From NCBI GenBank assembly GCA_036847185.1, contig DAIUAM010000016.1, positions 993-64,992 of the forward strand: a DNA stretch of 64,000 nt, written 5' to 3'. The translations under genes were made by a program, and so were the position numbers. The DNA comes from Actinomycetota bacterium (GTDB lineage: Bacteria; Actinomycetota; UBA4738). This document shows positions 10,608-20,103 of this stretch, one piece after another. Each line of letters starts with the position of its first letter. The stretch's first letter is position 1. Under the pieces are notes generated by a model. It ran no database searches and was not told the origin of the DNA. It worked only from the letters and a program-made list of their open reading frames with translations.

Positions 10608-11723
10608 ATGGCGGTTGCGAGCGAGCAGCAGGTTGGGATCCGGCGCCCCAGGATCCCATCCGCCGCATTCGGGTGGGGGGGCGCGGCCGCCCTGGTCGCG
10701 CTCCTGCTGTTCTTCGGGATCCGCCATCACGTGTGCCCGAGCAACGCTTCGGCATGGGTGAGCTTCACGATCACCGGACTCCGGCTGGGCTTCCTCTACG
10801 CGATGATCGCGCTGGGGTACACGATGGTGTACGGCGTCCTCCAGCTTCTGAACTTCGCCCACTCGGAGATCTTCATGGTGGGGTCGTTCGCGGGGCTGTA
10901 CGCGTTCAAGACCCTGTTCGGCATCACCAATGCGAACCATCCGAACGGCATCGGGGGGATCTACCTGGCGGTCGTGCTGGCCGTGGGGCTGCTGGTGGCG
11001 GCACTGGCCTCGGGTGGAGCAGCGGTCATCATGGAACGCCTGGCGTACCGCCCGCTTCGCCGGCACGGAGCGTCACGCCTGGCGTACCTGATCACCGCCA
11101 TCGGCGCGTCGCTGTTCCTGTCGAACCTGTTCTACCTCCTGGACGGGCATTCGCACCTCGGCCTGCCCTTCAACTGGCCCCGGATCGCCGGGGCCTCTCC
11201 GGTCGACTACCCGCAGGTCATGAAGAAGGTCATCGTGTTCAGGATCGCCAAGGTCCCCATCGACAGCCAGACGATCCTCATCGTGGCGGTGGCCATCGCG
11301 ATGCTGGTGGTGCTGGACCTGTTCATCCGGCGGACCAGGGCCGGGAAGGGCATCCGGGCTGTGGCGGAGGATCCGGAAACGGCGTCACTGATGGGCGTGA
11401 ACATCAACGGCATCGTGGTGATGACGTTCTTCGTGGGCGGCCTGATGGCCGGGGCTGCCGGCCTTCTGTACGGGATGTTCTTCACGCAGGCGCTCTTCAG
11501 CATGGGATTCGTCCCGGGCATCAAGGCGTTCACGGCCGCCGTGCTCGGCGGGATCGGTAACGTCCGTGGAGCCGTGCTGGGCGGGATCCTTCTGGGTCTG
11601 ATCGAGAACCTCGGCGTGGCCTGCACGGGGACGCAATGGCAGTCGGTCATCGCCTTCCTCGTCCTGGTGGGCGTGCTGATGTTCCGCCCGACGGGGCTCC
11701 TCGGCGAGCAGGTCGGAGGATAG
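10608..11723 (+). CDS. livH: branched-chain amino acid ABC transporter permease
   Basis: LivH-like TM topology (GLRLGFLYAMIALGYTMVYG). Confidence 0.85.
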   Translation: MAVASEQQVGIRRPRIPSAAFGWGGAAALVALLLFFGIRHHVCPSNASAWVSFTITGLRLGFLYAMIALGYTMVYGVLQLLNFAHSEIFMVGSFAGLYAFKTLFGITNANHPNGIGGIYLAVVLAVGLLVAALASGGAAVIMERLAYRPLRRHGASRLAYLITAIGASLFLSNLFYLLDGHSHLGLPFNWPRIAGASPVDYPQVMKKVIVFRIAKVPIDSQTILIVAVAIAMLVVLDLFIRRTRAGKGIRAVAEDPETASLMGVNINGIVVMTFFVGGLMAGAAGLLYGMFFTQALFSMGFVPGIKAFTAAVLGGIGNVRGAVLGGILLGLIENLGVACTGTQWQSVIAFLVLVGVLMFRPTGLLGEQVGG

Positions 11724-11727
11724 AGCG

Positions 11728-13026
11728 ATGCCGGACGACCGGATCGATCTCCACCAGGAGGGTGGAAACCCGGATCCCCCGGATCCCGCGGCGCCAGCGG
11801 CACCCGCGTCCGGGGTCGCTCAGAAGGACACCGCCCAGCGAACGGGGCCTCCGTCCGAGCCGCGGGCCCGATCCAGCCTGCGGGAGCGGTTCCGCCTGGC
11901 GAGAAGCCCGGTCGCCTTGATCCGGGATCGGTTCGACGGAATGGCTCCTGTCTCCCGGTTTGGCTTCCTGACGGCAGGCGTGGCCCTCGCGGCGGTCCTT
12001 CCGGTCCTGATGCCGCACATCACCGCGGACCCCGCCTACTGGACGAGCGTGCTGACGAAGGTCGGGATCGCAGCGCTGCTCGCCCTCGGGCTGAACGTGG
12101 TGGTCGGGTTCGCCGGCCTCCTCGATCTCGGCTACGTGGCGTTCTTCGCGGTGGGCGCCTACACGTTCGCCATCCTGTCCGGCGCGAGCCGGTACGCCAT
12201 CGCCCTCACGCGCAGCGATCCGAATGCGTTCAAGCTGCTCCCCACCTGGCACATGTACTCCTGGCTGTTCTTCTTCGCGGCCCTCGCGGTGGCGCTGGTG
12301 GCCGGGGTGATCCTGGGCGCGCCCACGCTTCGCCTCCGCGGCGACTATCTGGCCATCGTGACCCTTGGATTCGGCGAGATCGTCCGGATCACTGCGGACA
12401 ACCTCACGTCGGTCACCGACGGCTCGCAGGGGATCCCACAGATCCCCCATCCCGCGCTCACGGTGGGGCCGGTCCATTACAACTTCGGCTTGAACGACGC
12501 CGCCTACTACTGGCTGCTCCTTGGGGTCATCGTCGTCTGGATCCTCCTGCTGCGCCGGATCAACGCGTCCCGGATCGGGCGGGCCTGGGCGGCCATCCGG
12601 GAGGACGAGCTCGCCGCGGCGTCGATGGGTGTTCCGACGATCCGGATAAAGCTGCTGGCCTTCGCCATGGGCGCCGCGGTCGCCTCGTTCGCAGGGGTCA
12701 TCTACGCGAGCGAGTACGCGTTCATCGATCCCGGCACCTTCCAGCTCTTCAGCTCGGACTTCGGTTCGGTGATCATCCTGGCCATGGTGGTGCTGGGCGG
12801 GATGGGCGGGATCGCCGGCCCCATCCTGGGCGCCGGCCTGGTCATCTTCCTCCCGGAGCGGTTCCGGTTCCTGGGCGACGCCCGGTTCCTGATCTTCGGT
12901 GCCGTCCTGGTGATCGTCATGGTGCTCCGGCCGCAGGGGATCCTGCCCAGCCGCCGCCGGGCGGCCGAGCTGGAGGGCGGCGTCAAGGACACCTCGGTCT
13001 TCGAAGCGCAGCAGCACGGAGGGTAG
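11728..13026 (+). CDS. livM: branched-chain amino acid ABC transporter permease with N-terminal Pro-rich extension
   Basis: LivM core (LGLNVVVGFAGLLDLGYVAFFAVGAY) preceded by a ~100 aa Pro/Ala-rich extension. The true start could be the internal Met at 11941. Confidence 0.8.
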   Translation: MPDDRIDLHQEGGNPDPPDPAAPAAPASGVAQKDTAQRTGPPSEPRARSSLRERFRLARSPVALIRDRFDGMAPVSRFGFLTAGVALAAVLPVLMPHITADPAYWTSVLTKVGIAALLALGLNVVVGFAGLLDLGYVAFFAVGAYTFAILSGASRYAIALTRSDPNAFKLLPTWHMYSWLFFFAALAVALVAGVILGAPTLRLRGDYLAIVTLGFGEIVRITADNLTSVTDGSQGIPQIPHPALTVGPVHYNFGLNDAAYYWLLLGVIVVWILLLRRINASRIGRAWAAIREDELAAASMGVPTIRIKLLAFAMGAAVASFAGVIYASEYAFIDPGTFQLFSSDFGSVIILAMVVLGGMGGIAGPILGAGLVIFLPERFRFLGDARFLIFGAVLVIVMVLRPQGILPSRRRAAELEGGVKDTSVFEAQQHGG

Positions 13027-13944
13027 ATGGTCGCGGTTCTGGAGTCGGAGGCGCTGACCAAGCAGTTCGGAGGCCTACGAGCTCTTTCGGGCGTCGACCT
13101 CACCATCGAGGACGGCCAGATCTTCAGCCTGATCGGGCCGAACGGGGCCGGGAAGACCACGTTCTTCAACGTGGTGGCCGGGATCTTCCGGCCCACCTCG
13201 GGGTCGATGCGGTTCCTGGGAGGGCCGCTGTTGGAGTTCCAGCCCCTGTCGTTCCTGCCGCTCTGGAGGCGACCCCGGAGGCCGTTCCAGATCACGCGCC
13301 TGGGGATCGGCCGCACGTTCCAGAACATCCGGCTGTTCGCGAACATGACCGCCATCGAGAACGTCATGGTCGGCGTCGACGCGCACAACCGGAGTGGGGT
13401 CGTGGGAGCCATGCTTCGAAGCGGCCGCCACCGCCACGAGGAGGTTGTCACCTCGGGGCGAGCCAGGGAGCTGCTGGAGTTCGTGGGGATCGCCCGATAC
13501 GCGGGCGAGCTCGCCAAGAACCTTGCCTACGGGGACCAGCGCCGCCTCGAGATCGCTCGAGCCATGGGGACGAGTCCCAAGCTCCTCATGCTGGACGAGC
13601 CAGCTGCCGGGATGAACCCGGCCGAGAAAGCCGCGCTCATGAGGCTGATCCAGAAGATCCGTGACCAAGGGATCACGATCCTGCTGATCGAACACGACAT
13701 GAAGGTGGTGATGGGGATCTCGGACAGGATCGCCGTGCTCGACTTCGGACAGAAGATCGCAGAGGGCCGGCCGCAGGAGGTCCAGAAGGACCCGCGAGTC
13801 ATCGAGGCCTACCTGGGCCGGGGCGCGGTGGGTGCGGCTTCGGAGGGGGACGAACCGGAGGCGAGCCCGGGATCGGCAGACGAACCGGGCCCAGACGCCC
13901 CCGCGCCGAGCGCGGATTCCTCCGACGGGGAGGTCACCGTCTGA
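13027..13944 (+). CDS. livG: branched-chain amino acid ABC transporter ATP-binding protein
   Basis: Walker A GPNGAGKTT, LSGG signature, and an acidic/Pro-rich C-terminal tail. Confidence 0.9.
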   Translation: MVAVLESEALTKQFGGLRALSGVDLTIEDGQIFSLIGPNGAGKTTFFNVVAGIFRPTSGSMRFLGGPLLEFQPLSFLPLWRRPRRPFQITRLGIGRTFQNIRLFANMTAIENVMVGVDAHNRSGVVGAMLRSGRHRHEEVVTSGRARELLEFVGIARYAGELAKNLAYGDQRRLEIARAMGTSPKLLMLDEPAAGMNPAEKAALMRLIQKIRDQGITILLIEHDMKVVMGISDRIAVLDFGQKIAEGRPQEVQKDPRVIEAYLGRGAVGAASEGDEPEASPGSADEPGPDAPAPSADSSDGEVTV

Positions 13945-14678
13945 TGCCCCTCCTCGAGCTCCACGACGTCCACATCCACTACGGTGGGATCGAAGCGGTC
14001 AAGGGCATCGACCTCTCGGTGGAGGAGGGCGAGATCGTCACGCTGATCGGGGGCAACGGGGCCGGCAAGACCACCACGCTGAAGACCATCTCGGGAGTGA
14101 AGCGGCCCACCACCGGTTCGATCGCCTTCCGGGACAAGCGGATCGACGGCAGGCCCGCCCACGAGGTGGCCGGCCTCGGCATCGGACACGCGCCCGAGGG
14201 CAGGAGGATCTTCGGGCGGATGTCGGTCCGGGACAACCTGGCCATGGGCCTGTACGCGGCGTCGGCTCGAGGATCGCGCGCCGAGCATCGAAGGACGGCC
14301 GACGAGGCGTACCAGCGGGTGTTCGCGCTGTTCCCGATCCTCGAGGAGCGGGCCGAACAGAAAGGGGGGACGCTGTCCGGCGGGCAACAGCAGATGCTGG
14401 CCATCGGCCGGGCGTTGATGACCCGCCCCGACCTCCTGTTGCTCGACGAGCCCTCGATGGGCCTCGCTCCCATGCTCGTGGAGAAGATCTTCGACGTCGT
14501 CAAGGAGATCAACCGCCAGGGGACCACGATCCTGTTGATCGAACAGAACGCCCACATGGCACTGAACGCGGCCACCCGCGGCTACGTGATCGAGTCCGGT
14601 TCGATCGTCCTGGAAGACAGCAGCCGGAACCTGCTCGGCAACGACCAGGTCCGCAAGGCCTACCTGGGCGAAGAGTAG
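13944..14678 (+). CDS. livF: branched-chain amino acid ABC transporter ATP-binding protein
   Basis: Walker A GGNGAGKTT, LSGGQQQML. Its start overlaps the livG stop. Confidence 0.9.
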   Translation: MPLLELHDVHIHYGGIEAVKGIDLSVEEGEIVTLIGGNGAGKTTTLKTISGVKRPTTGSIAFRDKRIDGRPAHEVAGLGIGHAPEGRRIFGRMSVRDNLAMGLYAASARGSRAEHRRTADEAYQRVFALFPILEERAEQKGGTLSGGQQQMLAIGRALMTRPDLLLLDEPSMGLAPMLVEKIFDVVKEINRQGTTILLIEQNAHMALNAATRGYVIESGSIVLEDSSRNLLGNDQVRKAYLGEE

Positions 14679-14710
14679 TCGGCTCCCCACCGCCGCTAGC
14701 ATGGGCAGCC

Positions 14711-15739
14711 ATGCGAAAGATCGACGTGGCAGTGGTGGGTGCCGGTGTCATGGGGGCGGCGACCGCCAGGGCTCTGGCTCGGCGAGGTCGCACCGTCGGG
14801 CTCTTCGAGCGGCGCGAGGTGGGGCACGACCACGGCTCCAGCCACGGCCGTTCCCGTATCTTCCGCTTCTCCTACCACGACCCGGTGTACGTGCGGATGG
14901 CCATGGAGGCCCTGCCGTTGTGGCGCGCCCTTGAGGCCGAAGCCGGCGAGGACCTCCTCACCGTGACCGGCGGTTTGGACGCGGGGCCCGCCGCTGACGT
15001 CAACGCCGCGGCCCTGGGGCAGGTGGGCGCACGGTTCGAATGGCTGGAACCTCCGGCGGCTCGCGAGCGCTTCGGCCTGGCCTACCCTGGCGGCACACGG
15101 CTCCTGTTCCAGCCGGACGCCGGATGGCTCCGGGCCGACCGGGCCTGGGCGGCTCTGTCCCGGCTGGCCGTCGCGGGAGGTGCGGAGCTGCACGAAAACA
15201 CCCCTGTCGAAGCGCTCCTGGCCCGGGGCGAAGAGGTCGAGGTTCGAGCCGCCGGGGAGACCGTCCGGGCGTCGGTGGCCGTGGTCACGGCCGGCGCGTG
15301 GTCGAAGGACCTCCTGGGGCAGGCCGGCGTCGAGCTCGCCGTGCGGCCGACCCGCGAGACGCTCGTGTACTTCGCGCTCCGGGAGGGCCCGCCGCCACCC
15401 CCGCTGGTCGAATGGGGGACACCGTCCCGCTACGCACTCCCGGACCCCGCGATCGGCATGAAGGCCGGCGAGCACCAGGCCGGGCCGACCATCGACCCCG
15501 ACGCCGCGGGTGCCCCCGATGGGGCCTCGGTCGAACGCCTGCGGGCGTGGGTGGCTGAGCGGTTCCCGGGCGCCGACCCCGAGCCGATCCACGTCCAGAC
15601 CTGTCTCTACACCAACACCCCGGACGAGGATTTCGTCCTGGAACGGCACGGGAACGTGGTGGTCGGTTCGGCATGCAGCGGGCACGGTTTCAAGTTCGCC
15701 CCACTCATCGGGGAGCGCCTGGCCGACCTGGCGTCCTGA
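14711..15739 (+). CDS. FAD-dependent oxidase of the sarcosine oxidase / N-methyltryptophan oxidase (MSOX/MTOX) family
   Basis: DVAVVGAGVMG dinucleotide fold, HGRSRIFR, and a C-terminal SGHGFKF motif that contains the covalent-FAD Cys of the MSOX family. Confidence 0.75.
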   Translation: MRKIDVAVVGAGVMGAATARALARRGRTVGLFERREVGHDHGSSHGRSRIFRFSYHDPVYVRMAMEALPLWRALEAEAGEDLLTVTGGLDAGPAADVNAAALGQVGARFEWLEPPAARERFGLAYPGGTRLLFQPDAGWLRADRAWAALSRLAVAGGAELHENTPVEALLARGEEVEVRAAGETVRASVAVVTAGAWSKDLLGQAGVELAVRPTRETLVYFALREGPPPPPLVEWGTPSRYALPDPAIGMKAGEHQAGPTIDPDAAGAPDGASVERLRAWVAERFPGADPEPIHVQTCLYTNTPDEDFVLERHGNVVVGSACSGHGFKFAPLIGERLADLAS

Positions 15740-15960
15740 GCCAGGGGGCTGGCCCCGAAGGACCACGTCCACGTGGTTCGAAAGGATGGAACTCGGACTA
15801 TTCCGTCTTCCGCTCATTGCGAGGGGCGGAGCCGCTCTTCAGAGTGCTTCGTGGCAGCCGCTTAGGCAATCCGCGCCCCGGACCAGGCGCGAACGTGGAT
15901 CGCGACTGTTGACAGAGTTCGAGGTCTGTTCCGCAGGCGGGGGGTTGCAGGCGGACCGAG

Positions 15961-15990
15961 GGGCCCGGCCTCCATCGGGGGGCCGGGCCC
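15961..15990 (+). terminator. perfect 10-bp stem hairpin (GGGCCCGGCC-N10-GGCCGGGCCC) followed by TTTCC
   Basis: Read directly from the sequence. It lies ~220 bp downstream of the oxidase gene, at the edge of the lower-GC island. Confidence 0.4.
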
Positions 15991-16126
15991 TTTCCATTCC
16001 CGTGGAATCATTCGGACTGCCGAGAGGAGTGTCTGGTCTTTCAGGGCATTGGCGACAGAAGTCCGGGGGAAAGAGATGGGGCCGAGCTCGCGCCGGCCCC
16101 ATCCTTTCTGCTCTTGCCACTGGGGC

Positions 16127-17398
16127 TCAGTGCGTCGATGCCTCGGCCACTCCGATCCTGATGTCCGTCCCCACCGGGATCCCGAGTGAGTTCTGGACGC
16201 TGATGATGAGCTCGATCATGCGAATCTCGATGGAGTTCGAGGTGATGATCTCACGCCGTAGCCACAACGTCCCGAGCCCGACGAGCGTAACCTTCGTGTT
16301 GGGTCCCACGTCGTCCCCGATCTCCGGATGACCGTTCACGCTGAGGTTCACGAACTGGGAGCCGCCGTCACCGAACGTGAACGTCGAGCCGTCCGTGAAG
16401 CTATGCGCGTCGGCCTTGATGAGGTCGACGGTGACAGCACCATCAGCCACGTTTGCCGTTTGTACGGTCGAGGTGGTCTCTCCGCTTGCCGAAGTCGAGG
16501 TGACCGTCCCCTGCGCAGTGTCCTGGACCGTGCCCACCTTCAATGTGGGGGAAGCGTCTACCGATGCAACGGAGTTGCTCTTGATGACGCCGTTCGTCCC
16601 CTGACATCCCAGGCTGATGTAGGCGGACTTCCCGGAGATGATCGTGTGACTGACATTGGCGAAGCTGCCGTAGGCGAATCCGTCCAGGGTCCCACCCACG
16701 CTCGCCTTCAACATGCTGGTGGCGTGAGCGACGATGATCTGCGTGCCCTTGGGGACCAGGGGATTGGTCAGAGTCACGAAGACGTGGATCATGTTGACCG
16801 TCAAGGACGCCGACGACGACCTCAGGGTCGAGATCTGCTCGTTGAGCACGACGTGACCGATCCCTGGCAGATTGATCTGCGTGTTCGGTGACGGGAGGAC
16901 CGTGATCGGCACCCCGTTCACCACGAGGTTGACTAGGTTCGAGCCTGTTGCACTCACCTGGAATCCCGAAGGGTCCAGGGTGGTGGTGCTGACCGCCTTG
17001 ACCTCGTCGCCGGTGATCAGACCCATCAGCACGTTGACGCCGTGGACATCGGCCGTGGCCTGAGACGTCTGCGTCCCGCCGTCCGTGGCGGACGCCGTCG
17101 TGTTGATGAGGCCGGTCGTGACGAACGGCGGTGCGTTCACCGTGGCCACCGTGTTGGAGTTGCTCATCGGCGGTGTCAGCGTGCCGCAGCCGCCGAGGTT
17201 CACCACCGCTGACTTGCCCGCCTTCACTACGCTCCCGACGAAGGCGTAGGTCCCATAGGCGTCCGCCGTGTACTGCGTCCGACCCGATGTGGTCGTCTGG
17301 TGCAATCGAGGGAGCGCGTTCGCCCCCGTCGCCACCATGCCAACCACCGCAGCGACGAGCGGGACCACAACGGCGAGCCGAAACTGATGACGTGTCAT
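16127..17398 (-). CDS. secreted hypothetical protein with two tandem homologous ~170-aa domains
   Basis: Signal peptide (MTRHQFRLAVVVPLVAAVVGMVATGANA). Two internal repeats share ...NLGGCGT... / ...SLGCQGT... Ser/Thr-rich cores. GC content is lower than the flanks. Confidence 0.6.
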   Translation of the reverse strand: MTRHQFRLAVVVPLVAAVVGMVATGANALPRLHQTTTSGRTQYTADAYGTYAFVGSVVKAGKSAVVNLGGCGTLTPPMSNSNTVATVNAPPFVTTGLINTTASATDGGTQTSQATADVHGVNVLMGLITGDEVKAVSTTTLDPSGFQVSATGSNLVNLVVNGVPITVLPSPNTQINLPGIGHVVLNEQISTLRSSSASLTVNMIHVFVTLTNPLVPKGTQIIVAHATSMLKASVGGTLDGFAYGSFANVSHTIISGKSAYISLGCQGTNGVIKSNSVASVDASPTLKVGTVQDTAQGTVTSTSASGETTSTVQTANVADGAVTVDLIKADAHSFTDGSTFTFGDGGSQFVNLSVNGHPEIGDDVGPNTKVTLVGLGTLWLRREIITSNSIEIRMIELIISVQNSLGIPVGTDIRIGVAEASTH

Positions 17399-17588
17399 GC
17401 CCTTGCTCCTTTCCTGATCTCGGAATCCGGGCGTCCGAGGGGCGATCGATACGGGCTTACCCATCTACTGACACGCCTCCCTCCTGTGGGCTAGTCATAT
17501 ATACCTGATAGAGATTATCTAGTCAAATTAGGGGGGTTATGTACTTGACGCACGGCTGCGGAAGATGTATTCTTCATGTTGTGAACAC

Positions 17589-17774
17589 CTACTTGGACGG
17601 CTTCGGAGGCTCTACCTGCGGTTTCGGTTCTTTCCCAATCTCCCGGTCAACATGTTCGATGACCTTCTTTGGGAACAACTTGCGCATTGCCTCGTCCGTT
17701 GTCCATTCGGTCGGGTGTCGCTTCTTCCTAGGCATGGGGGCCTCCAAGTGAACGAACCGAAGCCGCTGACGCAC
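17589..17774 (-). CDS. small basic hypothetical protein inside the IS left arm (possibly MPRKKRHPTEW... from an internal start)
   Basis: 61-aa ORF in low-GC DNA just upstream of the transposase. No recognisable family. Could be non-coding IS sequence. Confidence 0.15.
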   Translation of the reverse strand: MRQRLRFVHLEAPMPRKKRHPTEWTTDEAMRKLFPKKVIEHVDREIGKEPKPQVEPPKPSK

Positions 17775-17792
17775 GTGAACGGCAAGCAGGAG

Positions 17793-18695
17793 ATGGACCT
17801 AATGAAGCTGATCGACCGCTTCGGGTCAGAGGACCGCTGCCGTGAGTACCTGATTCACCTTCGCTGGCCCGAGGGACCGGAGTGCGTAAAGTGCGGCTCC
17901 AAGTCGCTGTCGTGGATCTCCACTCGGAACCAGTTCGACTGCAACTCATGCCGCGCTCGATTCTCGGCGACGGCGGGGACCGTGTTCCACGATTCCCACC
18001 TTCCCCTCCGGAAGTGGTTCCTCGCCACCTACATGATGGTCGAGGCTAAGAAGGGCGTCAGCGCGAACCAGTTGAAGCGGACGCTCGGCACGTCGTACAA
18101 GACGGCGTGGTATCTGTGCCATCGCATCCGCTCGGCCATGATGGGCTCGAGCCCCGAGCGGCTCCAAGGGACCGTCGAGATAGATGAAACGTTCCTCGGC
18201 GGCAAGGTCAAGAGCGGGAGCAAGCCCGCCATGGAAGCCGCTCGGCGGAAGACCACCAACAAGGTCATGGTCATGGGGGCATTGGAGGAAGGTGGACAGA
18301 TTCGCCTCAAGGCAGTAGGCAAGCGAACCGTAGCCTCGACACGCTCGGTCGATGCGTTCCTTGCCGATGCCGTCGTGAACGGAGTTCGGCTCTACTCCGA
18401 CCAGTCCAGCGCCTATGCCCACCTTCCGAACCATGAGTCGGTGGATCACAGCACCGATGAATGGGTTCGGGGCGACGTGACGACGAACGGCATTGAGTCG
18501 GCGTGGTCGCTGCTCAAGCGGTCCATCGTCGGGAGCTATCACCAGCTCTCCGAGAAACACTTGAGCGCCTACCTGGACGAATTCGAGTTCCGGTTCAACA
18601 ACCGGGAGAACCCCTACCTGTTCCGAGACACTCTGCTCGCGCTCATTCATGCGGACGCTCTCCCGTATCGGGAATTGGTCGAAGCTTCACGGTGA
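17793..18695 (+). CDS. IS1595-family (ISXO2-like) transposase
   Basis: N-terminal zinc-ribbon (CVKCGS...CNSCR) and a DDE ISXO2-like domain (IDETFLGG...YSDQSSAY...TNGIESAWSLLKR). Confidence 0.85.
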   Translation: MDLMKLIDRFGSEDRCREYLIHLRWPEGPECVKCGSKSLSWISTRNQFDCNSCRARFSATAGTVFHDSHLPLRKWFLATYMMVEAKKGVSANQLKRTLGTSYKTAWYLCHRIRSAMMGSSPERLQGTVEIDETFLGGKVKSGSKPAMEAARRKTTNKVMVMGALEEGGQIRLKAVGKRTVASTRSVDAFLADAVVNGVRLYSDQSSAYAHLPNHESVDHSTDEWVRGDVTTNGIESAWSLLKRSIVGSYHQLSEKHLSAYLDEFEFRFNNRENPYLFRDTLLALIHADALPYRELVEASR

Positions 18696-19449
18696 AGGAT
18701 CCCCAACCGACGCGCGATGGTTCGTCAGGTATTTGGTACCAGTCCACAACGTAGGTTCCGCTCTCCGCTTTGGCGGAAGGGAAGTCATCGGGATAGTCGC
18801 AACGAGGCCAGCGCCGCATCGGATTGCCCCACCCGGATTCGGCGACGGCAGGAGCGAACATCTCAAATCGCTCGGCCCTCTTGTTCGCGATGTGGCACAT
18901 GAGATCGGAACGGTGACCCCACTCCTCATCCATCGTCCCGTCCTGATGCTCATCCCGATTCGGACTAACCATCCGTAGGCGAATTCCGCCCCTGCCGTTC
19001 ATGGAAACCTCGAACTCCCAGCCTGCCGCGCTTCCCACATCCACACGCGTCAGTTGCAGTTCCTTTCGAGCCATGTGGTACGGGATGCGCAGGTACTGCC
19101 AAGCCACGACTAGAACCCCGTACAGCAGGAAGGCGCCGAGAAGAACTAGCAGCGACTGAATCAAGTACTTCTCCGCGCCGCTTGTGTGTCGCTGAAATGC
19201 GAAGTAGAGAGCGGCCGCCACCGCCGCCGAAAATGCGGCTCCGACCAGCACTCCCTGCGGGGTGCAGAAGACGTGTTTCCAAGCCCTCGACGCCGCCATT
19301 GATACACGCGCGAGTGGGTTCGGCACGCTCGGATTGTACACCGAGTCATGGCCGCCGCCGTGCATGAAGTACATAACCCCCCAAATTAGACCAGTCAGAG
19401 GGCCTGCCAACACCGCGCCGCAGACAGTCCGATGACGAGAGAGGGACAA
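18643..19449 (-). CDS. hypothetical membrane protein (2 TM helices plus a soluble domain); its C-terminal codons are read from IS sequence
   Basis: Hydrophobic segments (AVLAGPLTGLIWGVMYF; LLVLLGAFLLYGVLVVAW). The last ~17 codons overlap the end of the transposase gene on the opposite strand. Confidence 0.45.
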   Translation of the reverse strand: MSLSRHRTVCGAVLAGPLTGLIWGVMYFMHGGGHDSVYNPSVPNPLARVSMAASRAWKHVFCTPQGVLVGAAFSAAVAAALYFAFQRHTSGAEKYLIQSLLVLLGAFLLYGVLVVAWQYLRIPYHMARKELQLTRVDVGSAAGWEFEVSMNGRGGIRLRMVSPNRDEHQDGTMDEEWGHRSDLMCHIANKRAERFEMFAPAVAESGWGNPMRRWPRCDYPDDFPSAKAESGTYVVDWYQIPDEPSRVGWGSFTVKLRPIPDTGERPHE

Positions 19450-19550
19450 CCGAGGCGGCGAGTTGGGCGACGCTACAGGGATCCCGGCCGTCGCCGTGAG
19501 CCCGCCGGGGCCACCCGGTCCTCACCATCCCGGACCCCTCCACGGTGGGC

Positions 19551-20038
19551 CGTATCCTGGCCGCCGCCGAGGGCGAAGTGTTCCACGCCCCGCTCGTCCT
19601 GGCCGCCTCGACCGGGATGCGCCGGGGCGAGGTGCTCGGGCTCTCCTGGCGGGACGTCGAGGAGGCTGGCCTGGTCCGGATCAGCGCCACCTTGCAGCGG
19701 AACGCCGGCTGCTCGCGGGGCCCGACTGGAACGACCGCGGCCTGGTGTTCGATCGGGACGATGGGCGACCACTGGATCGGGGCCATTTCTCGCACCGCTT
19801 CCACAGGCTCGCCATTGCAGAGGGGTGCTCTGAGGTCCGCGTGCACGATCTGCGGCACGCCTTCGCGACGACGCTGCTGGCCAGCGGCAAGGTGCACCCG
19901 AAAGTCGGCTCCGAGGCCCTCGGGCACGCGTCCGTCGGCTTCACGATGGACGTCTACGCGAGCGTGCTTCCCTCGATGCAGCAGGCCGCCGCGGAGGCCA
20001 TACAGGAGGCTCTCGGCGGAGTGGTGACCAGTCTGTGA
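19551..20038 (+). pseudogene. tyrosine-recombinase (phage-type integrase) remnant: catalytic domain only, frameshifted
   Basis: Box I (TGMRRGEVLGLSWRDV) is in one frame. Box II/III (VHDLRHAFATTLL...LGHASVGFTMDVYASV) is in another frame. No N-terminal domains. Lies next to the 3' end of tRNA-Leu. Confidence 0.7.
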
Positions 20039-20103
20039 CGAACGAGACGACTCGGGGCGGGTGGCCCTTCGGGCGCCTTCCCGTCTCCGCAGGTAGATAC
20101 AGG

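Larger units (their letters stand above)
17497..18735 (+). mobile_element. IS1595-family insertion sequence (approximate ends)
   Basis: Transposase ORF plus a low-GC leader. Imperfect terminal matches 'atacctga' near 17500 and 'tcaggtat' near 18722. The right end overlaps the 3' end of the convergent membrane-protein ORF. Confidence 0.4.

Noticed and set aside
15740-16130. Searched for a direct repeat of the tRNA-Leu(CAA) 3' end (gggttcaactccccctcccggcacc) that would mark the far att site of the island.
   Set aside because: Only a weak 9/14 match (cggggggttgcagg at ~15937). It cannot be called an att site by eye, and the island boundary remains undefined.
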